DNA from: a virus
Length of the DNA stretch: 64,000 nt
Virus record (IMG/VR): IMGVR_UViG_3300033182_000157
Location: 16,036-80,035 of that record
Direction: 5' to 3' (one strand)
The first letter of the stretch is position 1. Each line of letters begins with the position of its first letter. Below, one piece after another: positions 9,054 through 21,000 of this stretch. A model generated the notes under the pieces. That model did no database searches, had not been told where the DNA came from, and saw nothing but the letters and a program-made list of their open reading frames with translations. Made by a program: the position numbers and the translations under genes.

Positions 9054-12000
9054 TGGCTGATCAAGAAGAAATCAATTTGCCAGGTGGCGGCGAATCTAAA
9101 AAGACTTCAGCGGACTTACTGCCTAAGTATTTTAGAACTAACACAAACAAGAAGTTTCTATCAGCAACACTAGATCCTTTAATTCAGGACGGTGTTATTG
9201 AAAAACTTAACGGCTTTGTTGGACGTAAAACAAGTAAGGCACATACAGCAACAGATAGTTATATTCCAGACGTAACAAAAGAGCGTCAAGATTATCAACT
9301 TGAACCAGCAACAGTTGTAAAAGATTACAATGACAATGTGTTATTCTACAAAGATTATAATGATTATATTAACCAAATTGGAGTGTTTGGCGGCAACACA
9401 GCAAACCATAGTCGCTTAAATGCTCAAGAATATTATTCATGGGATCCAAGAGTTGATTGGGACAAACTAGTAAACTATCGTGAGTATTACTGGTTATCCG
9501 CAGGCCCCGTCGCAATTGACATTGCTGGACAAGAAAAAGGTATTACATCAACATATACTGTTGACTTAGTTGACGATGCCGGAGATCTTGCTTACGTTTT
9601 AAATCCTGATGGATTAACTCGTAACCCTACAATTAAGTTGTACAGAGGGCAAACTTATAAGTTTGAAGTAACTTCGGTTGACAACCCGTTTTTCATTAAA
9701 ACTAGAAGAACAAAAAATGGTGCTATCTACGAAGAAGGTGTAGAAAATAATGGTATTGAAGAAGGTGTAGTAACACTTACTATTACACAAAATACTCCAG
9801 ATATACTTTATTATATGAGTGACACTGACTTGGCACTTAGTGGTGTAATTCAAGTTATGTCTATTGAAGAAAATACTGAAATAGATGTTGAAAGTGAAAT
9901 TGTAGGTAAAAAGTCATATCAACTTAAAAGCGGCGATTACCTTTCAAATGGAATGAAGATAAACTTTTTAGGCGATGTTAGTCCTGAAAAGTATGCTAGT
10001 GGTAACTGGTATGTTGAAGGTGTAGGAAAAAGTATTACACTTGTAAGCGAACAAGATTTAGAAGTACCGTATAAAAGTCAAATACTAGAAGAACTACAGT
10101 TTGACACAACAGCATTTGACTCATCACCATTTGACCAATTATCAGAAAAAGACAAAGATTATATCACTATTAATCGTGCTGCTCTTGACGGTAACCAATG
10201 GAGTAGAGCAAACAGATGGTTCCATAAAGATGTAATTGAAACTAGTTATAGAATTTCTGGCATTACATCAGTACTAGATCAAACTACTAGAGCTAACAGA
10301 CCTATTGTTGAATTTATTCCTGGAATTAAATTACTTAATAACGGTTTCCGTAAAATTTCTGATGTAGACTTAGTTGATACATTTACAACTAATATTATGG
10401 CAGAAATTGAAGGTAGTATTGGTTACTTTGTTGACAATGTAGAATTACTTAGTGGTATGCGTGTAATCTTTACAGAAGATACTGATTCGCTAGTTAAGGG
10501 AAAAATTTACGAAGTTAAATCTATTAGATTTGACAATGAAAAAATTATTAGTTTAATAGAAGTTGACACAGCACAAGAAGGCGATACTGTTGTTGTAAAA
10601 AGCGGAAAAGACAACACAGGAACACAGTTTTACTTTAACGGAACTACATGGACTAAAGCGCAACAAAAACTAGGAACAAACCAGACACCTCTTTTTGAAC
10701 TATTTGACAAAGACGGTGTAAGTCTTACAGATACAACAAAATACGGAGCAACAGAATTTGCTGGTAACAAAGTATTTTCGTATAAAGAAGGCACTGGAGC
10801 CAACGACACAGTTTTAGGTTTTCCTTTAACATATCTAAACATAAACAACATTGGTGATATTGTATTTGAATGTGACCTTATTGTTAAATCTTACAATTAT
10901 GTTACTAACGAGCAAAAGTTTACCATAGATGCTGAAGATACTTTTATTCACGTATATAATAAATTCTTTGAATGGAGTCCGCATAGTGCGTGGGAAAAAG
11001 CAATATCTAAATCAAAGCAATTAGTTGTAAAAAACTATGTTGCTGATTTAATAAGAAACGATTTTGAAATTGACGTTTACAATCGTGCTGGTGATTTAAC
11101 AGACGTAAAAACTTATGTTTACGTAAACGACATACTACAAGTTATAGACGAAGATTATACTCTTTATACTAATAACTCTCGTTTGTTTATACGTTTTACA
11201 AACGATCTACAAGACAACGATACAATTATTGTAAAAACAGAAAGTTCAGCAAGTAAAAATAATAATGGATATTATGAGTTTCCGTTAAACATGCAGAACA
11301 ATCCTTCTAACGAAAATCCTGATAAAATTACACTAGGTCAATTAACTAACCATGTAGAGTCAATTACAACATTCCATCCGGACTTAATTGGTACGTTCCC
11401 AGGCAGATCAAATTTAAGAGATTTGCCTAAGCAAAGTGCTTATGGTACAAGATATGTAAAACACTCTGGACCGTTAAATATTGGATTATACCACATTACT
11501 GACAAAGCCACAAACATTGTTAAAGCAATAGACTTTGCGTCAAGAGAATACACTAAGTTTAAGAAAACATTTATTGATTTAGTGTCAACTGCTGAACTTG
11601 AAGATGATGTTGCTCAAGATGTAGATAATATCTTACAAGCAATGATGGAAGATAAGAAAACTTCTGATCCATTTTATAATAGTGGCATGGTACCATTTAG
11701 AGCATATAATGAAATTGAGCATACTGTTATTGATCCAGAATTTTTATTATACGGTATTACAGAAACTTACGATAACTCATTACATCAAGATAAAGCAATA
11801 TTAGTATATGTGAATGGTGTACAACTTGTACATGAACAAGACTATGTTTTTTCTAACGACAACTTTGTATCAATTACAAAAACAGTAGAAGTAGGCGACA
11901 AAATAATTATCAGAGAATACGATACTTTAATAGGTAACTACATTCCGCCTACTCCATCAAAGTTAGGTTTATTACCAAAAAAATATCCTACAAAATATAC

Positions 12001-15000
12001 TGACAACACTTATCAAAATCCAGTTGAAGTAATACAGTGCCACGATGGTAGTATTATGACAGCATATGGTGACTATCGAGATGACTTAATTTTAGAACTA
12101 GAAAAACGTATCTTTAATAATATTAAAATAGAGTTTTCAAATGATCTAATTGATATAAACGATTTTATTCCTAACGGATTTAGAGAAACAGATTATTCTA
12201 GACAAGAAGTAAACAGAATACTAGAACCAATGTTTTTAAAATGGCATAAAAACATTGTTAATTCTTATACTGATAACAGTTATTTCTCACCCGGATTACC
12301 TAAAACATATAACTATTCAACTGGCGAATTTAACGGTAAAACATTACCTGGTTATTGGAGAGGTATTTTCAATTATTGGTATGGCACAGATCGTCCGCAT
12401 ACACATCCTTGGGAAATGTTAGGAATTTCTAACCAGCCAACTTGGTGGGAAGAAGTTTACGGACCTGCTCCTTATACTGGCGAAAATTTAATTCTTTGGA
12501 GAGATTTAGAAAAGGGTATTATAGCAGAGCCTGGTAATAAACGAGTTAATAAAAAGTTTGCCCGCCCTGGACTACTAAGTATCATTCCTTCAAACGCTTC
12601 CGGAGAGTTACTAAGCCCAATTGAAGCAAACGTAGCACAGAATTATGAAACTAACGAATTAGATATTAACTTTGTGTTTGGTGATGAAGGTCCAGTTGAA
12701 ACTGCTTGGAGAAAATCAAGTTCTTATAGATTTGCTTTATTAACTGCTTGGATACTTGCTAAGCCTGCTCAATTGTTTGGTGTTTATCTTGATAGAGCTT
12801 ATACCGCTAGAGATGCGTCTGGTATTATCAAATATGTAGACGAGTATGTTAATCTTTCAATGTTGGCTGATAAAGTTTCTAAAACTGACTTAGCAAGCGG
12901 ATTAATAAGTTATATTAACGAGTGGTTATATTATAACGGATCATCGAATGTAAACAATTACATTTATAATCTTAAAAATGCTAAAAATCAAATTGGCATG
13001 AAACTTGCTGGCTTTACTGAGAAGGACAAGTTTAAATTAATTTTAGATAGTAGAACTCCGTTGAACGAAGGTAACGTCTTTATACCATCAGAAAACTATC
13101 AAGTATTTTTAAACAAGAGTTCTCCGACACAAAGTATTTCTTACAGCGGTGTAATTGTTGAAAAGAGAAAAGGCGGATTTTTAGTTAGAGGATATGATCA
13201 AAAATTCCCAACGTTTACTTACAAGAAAGTTATTCCTAGTAACGCAGACAGAGCTATTCGAATTGGCGCTATTAGTGAATCTTTTGTAAATTGGGCAGAA
13301 GGTAAAACTTATGTCTCAGGTCAGATTGTAAACTTTGAAGGCGGTTATTTTAGAGTCACTGAAAAGCACGTTAGTACAGGAAGTTTTGACAACGATAAAT
13401 TTGCTAGTCTGCCTGAATTACCACAAACTGGCGGCAACAGTTTTTATCATAGAGAAAAGTTCTCAGCAGTAGATTATATTACAATTTCATATGGTCATAT
13501 GTTTTATACTATACAAGACGTTGTTGACTTCTTGTATGGATACGCAGAATACTTAAAAGAACAAGGTTTTATATTTGACAACTTTGATAGAGAAAATGCT
13601 ATTTTACAAGACTGGGCAACAGCAATTAGAGAATATGTATTTTGGACTACGCAAAACTGGTCAGAAGGAACTGTTGTTGCTTTAAGCCCTGGAGCAACAA
13701 TGTTATCATTTGACGGCGAATATGCTGTAGTAGATGACATTACAAATGACTTTTATGACTACGAAATTTATAGTAGTAACGGAACAAGAATATCAATTAA
13801 CAATCTTGACATATCAAGAGATGGAACTAAGTTTAGTATTGAAACAACTTCTGACGAAGGCTTATATTTTGCTAGATTACATTTAGTTCAGACTGAACAC
13901 GCTATTGTTTTAGATAATACCACAGTCTTTAACGATACAATTTACGATAGACCATCAGGTTACAAACAAGACCGTATTAAGGTTTTAGGTTATAGAACAG
14001 TTGACTGGACAGGTAACTTATCTAGTCCTGGATTTATTTACGATGAAATTAAAGTTGTAGATTGGGAACCGTATACTGTATACAGAATTGGTGATGTAGT
14101 TAAACACAAAGAATACTACTATAGTGCTAACTCAAAAGTTATTAGCCAAGATGTATTCAATGAAGATAACTGGAGTCGCATAGACAACTTAAACAAGAGT
14201 CAATTGCTTCCAAACTTTGATTACAGAGCAGAGCAGTTTACAGACTTTTTTGATCTAGACACAGATAATTTTGACCTAGGACAACAAAAAGTTGCTCAAC
14301 ACGTTATTGGATATCAAAAACGTCAATACCTAGAAAACATTATTAATGACGATGTAAGTCAATACAAGTTCTATCAAGGAATGATTCTTGATAAAGGTAC
14401 TCGTAACGTTCTTACTAAAATGTTTGACAAGTTAGGGGCAGCAGATAAAGAAAGTTTAGAATTTTACGAAGAGTGGGCAGTACGTTTAAGCGAATTTGGC
14501 GCTGTTGATAACTTTGTAGAATTAGAATATAAAATTGATGAAGCACAATATAGATTAGAACCACAGCCGTTTGAAATTGTTGATGTTAAAGATACTCGTA
14601 GTACAGACTTGGTATACAGATATACTGCTGAAGATGTTTACGCCAAGTACGAAGGATACAACAACCAGCCGTTTAGACAGACAGAAGTACAACCAAATTT
14701 CTTAAGGTCTACAGGTAACGTTGATTCTAACGACATTGATTTTAACGTTAAAAACTACGATGATATTTTAGGTATTGATTTTACAGAAGTTAATGATGGC
14801 ACTACTATTTGGGTTAGTTTCTACGGAACTACGTGGACAGTAAAACGTGTTGTTGAAACTAATGTAGAATTTGTAGATTCTATAGTTAACGAAGATACAG
14901 GCGATTTTGTAATAACAGTAAACGCAAATGCTGAAGCATTATATACTGCGGGCGACATTATTGGTATTAGAGGCGTAACAACTGAAACTGATAAATTCTG

Positions 15001-18000
15001 GAAAATTAAATCAGTAGAAGGTGCTAACATTACTTTTGAAACACCAGACGCAATTATTCAAGAACCAGATCCCCAAGATAGTACAGCAGTTGTAATTTTT
15101 GATTTAGTAGATGCTAGATTTGATAAAATTAAAGACATTAACGAAAGTCAGTTATCAAGAGCATTTAACTTTGGTGAATTTATTTGGGTAGATGACATTA
15201 ATGGTAATTGGCAAGTACTTCAGAAACAAGACGCTTATAAAAAAATTGTTGCTACTAACCCTACACAAGGAGTAGTAAGTGGGTTTGGAAGCGACTTTGA
15301 TGTAGACGAATACACAAGAGAAATGATAGTAGGCGATTCAGTAAATCAAACTACATACATCTTTAATAGATCTACAGACAAAGCACAGTTTAATAAAGCA
15401 CAAGAACTTGAATTAATTAGCAATATACCATTAGATGAATATGGCTCAGTAGTAACATTGGCTAAAGATGCTAATTTTGCTGCAGTATCTGCTCCTGGAG
15501 CAGGAAATATTCCTACATTCTTTGTAGGCACCTGGAATTTAAGCACAACCTATCAAAAACAGGATGTTGTATTTTATAACGGTTTATGGTATACTTGCTT
15601 AGAAGATAACACTATTGGAGGAAGTAATCCAGACGTAAGTGATGTTTGGTCAGCTACAGGTCATTTGCCAGTCGGTGATGGCAGTTCGACACTTACAGGA
15701 CCAGCACAAGGTTGGGTAGGAATATTCCAACGTAATGGCGCAGGGTTCTTTGACAGAATTGCTGTACTACAAAGTCCTGATCCACAAGACAATGCTCGCT
15801 TTGGTAGTAACTTACAATTTGCTGTAGTTGGCGAAAGAGATTACAGACTATTTGTAACAGCAGAAGGTTATGACACTTACGGTAAAGTATTTGTGTTTGA
15901 TTGGAACGCTAACACAACTGGTTGGGAATATCAACCTACTAAAGATTTACCTTTACCTGCAACACTTGAAGCAGGAATGAAATTTGGTTCAAAAGTTGTT
16001 TCTACTTACAAAGGTAATACAGTAGCAGTTAGTTCAACAGAGGTAAGTTCGGCACAAGGAAGTGTTTATGTTTATAATTATGACGGTAGTACATATTCAC
16101 TAAACCAAACAATTACTAGTTCTACATTTGGAGTTGTTCCGCAAAACGGTGATTCTTTAGGTGAAGGGTTAGCAATAGACTATAACGGAAATTATATAGC
16201 CGTTGGTATTCCTAACTATGACGATAGCGAGTTATCTATTACTGATGCTGGAAGAGTAGAAGTATTAAAATTAGTAGGCAGCACTTATGTTCCTTTACAA
16301 ACTATAAGAACATTAGCAGTTGAAACACAACAGTTTGGTGTTTCTTTAAGTCTATATGGAACAACACTTGTAGTAGGTTCGTCTAATGGCGGAAGTCAAG
16401 ACGAAGGCGAAGTAGAAGTCTATAACAGATATGAAGATTTGTACACATACGATGATTCATTAAAACTTGATACATTTACTGATGGTTCAACAATAGTTGA
16501 ATTTGGTAAAAATGTATTAGCACAAAGAAATCATGTGTTTACAGGACTTGTTTCGTGGGACGGCGATAGCGGAGCAGTTATAGATTTCCGTAAAACAAAA
16601 GACAATGTTTGGGAAACTTATAGAAAAGCAGAAAACCCAGCAGACATTAAAGGTATTAAAAGTATTCTTCTTTACAATACAAGAACTAATACACTAGTTA
16701 AAGAACTTGATATTACAGATCCTTTACAAGGTAAGATATTAGGTGTAGTAGAACAAGAACTAAAATATAAAACATACTATGATCCAGCAACTTACAGTGT
16801 AGGTATTAATGGTGTTACAGTTGATGCTGTTGATGCTTGGGACGCAACACACGAGGGCGAAGTGTGGTGGGATTTAACTACATCAAGATTTGTTAATTAC
16901 CATCAGAACACTCCGTTATATAGAGCAAACAACTGGAATAAACTAGATCAACATAGTAGTGTAGATGTGTATGAATGGGTTGTAACAGAATACAAACCTA
17001 GCGAATGGGACGCTATTTCAGATACAGCAGAAGGACTATCTTTAGGCGTATCAGGAAAGTCTAAGTACGGTGATGAAGTTTACGCAACAGCAAAAGTATA
17101 TGACGAAGTGTCAAAGACATTTAAAACAAAATACTTGTTCTGGGTAAAAGGTAAGAGAACAACTCCTGACTTTAGTGATAGAACAGTAGATGTAGAATCT
17201 ATGGCTAACTTAATCGCAGATCCAAGAAGTCAAGGTTATACATTTGCCGCAGTTACAGGCACAAACAGTTTTGTATTGTTTAACTGTAAGCAATTCTTAA
17301 ATGATGACGAAGTTGCTATTAACTTTAAGTTCTGGACAACAGCAGATACAGATACTAATATTCACAGACAATACCAAATCCTTTCACAAGGATTAGATAT
17401 TAGTCAACCTAATGATACTATTGTTGATAAATGGTTTGACAGTCTAGTAGGATTTACTAAAACAGGATTACCTGTCCCTAATGTTGCGTTAAGTAAAAAA
17501 CAACGTTACGGTATTTTAAACAAACCTCGTCAGAGTATGTTTAAAAATCGTGTTGAAGCACTAAAGCAATTTGTAGAATATGCTAACTACGTTTTTGCTA
17601 ACAATATTATTGTTGATGATTTTGATTTAGCACCACTTTCTGCTAAAGAAGAATATCCAGCAGAATATACTAATGAATGGGATATTTTAATTAACGATGA
17701 TTTTGAATTAGAATTAATTTCTACAGGTAAAATAAAATCAGCAGAAATTGAACTTGTTGTTGAAGAAGGAAAAATTGTAGACGTTGCTATTATTGACGAA
17801 GGCCGCGGCTACGCTAAGCCACCAAAAATTGATATTTACGGACAAGGCATAAATGCTAAACTAACAGCAGTATTAGACACATTCGGCAGAATAATTGATA
17901 TAACAATTGATAACCCAGGTTCGGGCTATCTAACTGGAAACGATACTTTTGCTATTGTTAGAAAGTACACAGTTTTAAGTACAAATATTGAAAACAGCGG

Positions 18001-21000
18001 CAAGTGGGGAATTTACGAATACGATGAAGTAAATTCCAAATGGGCTATTGCTAGAATTCAATCGTTTGATACTACTCGTTATTGGAATTATAAAGATTGG
18101 TATGCTAGTGGTTATAGCAGTGCTACGCCAATTGACTTCCAAATTGCTGGTTCGTACGAATTAGAAAATCTAGCATCAAAACCTAATCAGATTGTTAAAG
18201 TTACAAACATTGGAACAACTGGTACTTGGTTATTGTTGAAGAGATTAAACAACAATGATGAAACTGATGTAAACTTAAATTATCAGGTAGTCGGCAGACA
18301 AAACGGAACAATTGAACTTTCAAGTTCTTTATATAACTTTGAGAAAAACTTATTAGGTTATGACGGTATTAGTTATGAAGAAGTTCCATACGATAGTGTT
18401 CCTGTAATAGAATTAAGAAACATTCTTGAAGCAATAAGAAATAACATTTTTGTTGATAATCTTATTGTTGAGTTTAACAACTTATTCTTTAACAGTGTTA
18501 GATACGTTCTTTCAGAGCAGCCAACAGTTGACTGGATATTTAAAACAAGTTTTGTAAAAGCAAAACATAATGTAGGTGAGTTAGAACAGCGTACTACATA
18601 TAAAAATGACAGTCTATCAAGTTACCAAGATTATGTTAACGAAGTAAAACCGTTTAGAACTAAGGTTAGAGAATTTGTAAGTAGTTACACTAAAGTAGAA
18701 GAAACACAATCAGTTGTAACAGACTTTGACTTAGAAAAGAATAATAGAATAATTGTTAAAGACAATCAGTTAATAACAACAGACGACAACTATTTAGACT
18801 ATCCAAATAAACATTGGACTGATAATCATACATTTAATATTACAAGTGTAGAAATTGCTGATCCAGGTTTAGGTTATCAGTCAGTTCCGGAAATTACTTT
18901 TGAAGGCGGCGGTGGCTCAGGCGCTAAAGCAAGAGCGTTTATTGGTCAAGGCGGCAAGTTAACAAATGTTATTATAGAATCCCAAGGCTCGGGTTATTAT
19001 TCTATGCCTAATGTTGTTATCAATGGATCAGTGGACGACACTGGTAGATCAGCAGTGCTTGTTCCTATAATAGGCAATAAAACTGTTAGAAAAAATAATC
19101 TTGTTATTAAGTTTGACAGAATTCAGGGAACAAAAGTTATTGAAACTTTAGACGCAGTTGATACATTTACTGATACAGGTATTTTGACTGAGTTTAGTTT
19201 AAGATGGCCAATTGATTACCAAAACGGAAACGTAGTTGTAAAAGTTAACAGTGACGAACTTTTAGAAAGTGATTTTACATTTGAAAATCGTAGCAAAGTA
19301 GTAAATGACCATACTGTTAATTATGGATTTGTAACTATCACAAATTTACCAGACGAAGATGCTATTACCTCTGTTGTAATTGAGTACACTAAAGATGTAG
19401 CATTCCTTAATGCAGCCGACAGAATACATTATTATTACAAGCCAATTGACGGACAAGCCGCTGACGATTTAGACGCACTTATGTTAGGCGTAGATTATGG
19501 TGGCGTTAATATTTCAGGCTTTGGCTTTGAACCAGTTGGTGGCTGGGCAGATGGCGAAGGTTGGGAATCTGTAAAATGGAGCGGCGGCGACGAAGCATAC
19601 AAAGATGTATCATTAGACGGTGACGGTTCGGAAATAGTTTATACATTTGGAGGCACACCAGAAGATGGAACAGTATGGAACGTGTATGTAAATGGTATAC
19701 GTATAGACGATCCTAATTTTGGAACTCCAGAGCAAACTAATAATAGTGCTGAAATGGAAACGTTTATTGGAGATGGTTCTACTACAAGCATTACAATTCC
19801 AGCCCAAGTAGCAGGAGCACAAATTATTTTAAGACCTTCGTCAAGCGACGGAAGTTTTATCCCTGTTGGTGTTGACTTAGATAGTGTTGTTACAGGTGGC
19901 GCTTTAAATTACACAAACGCTACAGGTTATAGTCCTGAAGATTTAACATTAGACGGCGATGGATTTGTTACACCAACTACTGGCGGAAGTTTAGAAGAAC
20001 ATATTCCAGGACAAATATCAGAATCAGTTAACATTTTTGTATATAACATTGCTAAGAGCGGTGGTCCAAAAGTTAATACTGTAAGTTATGTAGCAGACGG
20101 AGAATCTAAAAGTTTTGCTTATCTAGCACAACCACAAAGTAAGGATGCTATTATAGTTAAAGTGAATAATACTATTTTACGTCCAACAGACTATAAGTAT
20201 ACTCCAAACTTTGCGGCGTACACTGATTACTTAACTGGTTATAAGTCAGAGAAACAACGTGCTGAAGATAATGTAGTTAGTCTACAAAGTCAAAAAACAC
20301 AACTTGAAACAGATATTGCTAATAACACTCTTGCGTTAACTACTGTACAAAATGATCATGCGCAAAAATTAAGCGAGTTGACTTATTGGCAAAATGAAGT
20401 TATTGGGTATCAGAATTTAATTAATAACCTACTAGCACAGTTATCACAGTTAACACCTGGAACTCCTCAGTATGCTGCTAAAGAACAAGAAATTGCTCAA
20501 GCACAAGCAGGTTTAGCAGCCGCTCAAGCAGAAGTTGACACAATAACAAATGAAATAGTAATTTTACAGCAAACTGAATCAGCATTAACGAATACTATTA
20601 CAGCAGATCAAAATACGTTAGACGATGTTAACGCAGAAATTACATCTGAAGAAGAACGTATTGCTAAGTTAGAAATAGACATTCAGACAACTGAAGACTA
20701 TTTGATTAATCCAGGTAAAACTATCATTCTTAATACGACGCCAAATGCGAACGATGTAGTATCAATTACTACATTTGGTACAAACGGCAATGATATTATT
20801 ATTAATGATATGTTTAAGGGAGACGGCTCTACAAACGAGTTTGTTACTCCGTTAAAGTATACAAAAGATTTAAGAGCATTTGCTACAGTTAACGGTGTTA
20901 AACTTTCACCTAGAGTGTTTACAACAGACGGAAATTATGAAACTGCTGGGCGTTTAGGATTGCGTTTTGATCCTGTTCCTCCTGCTAACTCGGACATTTA

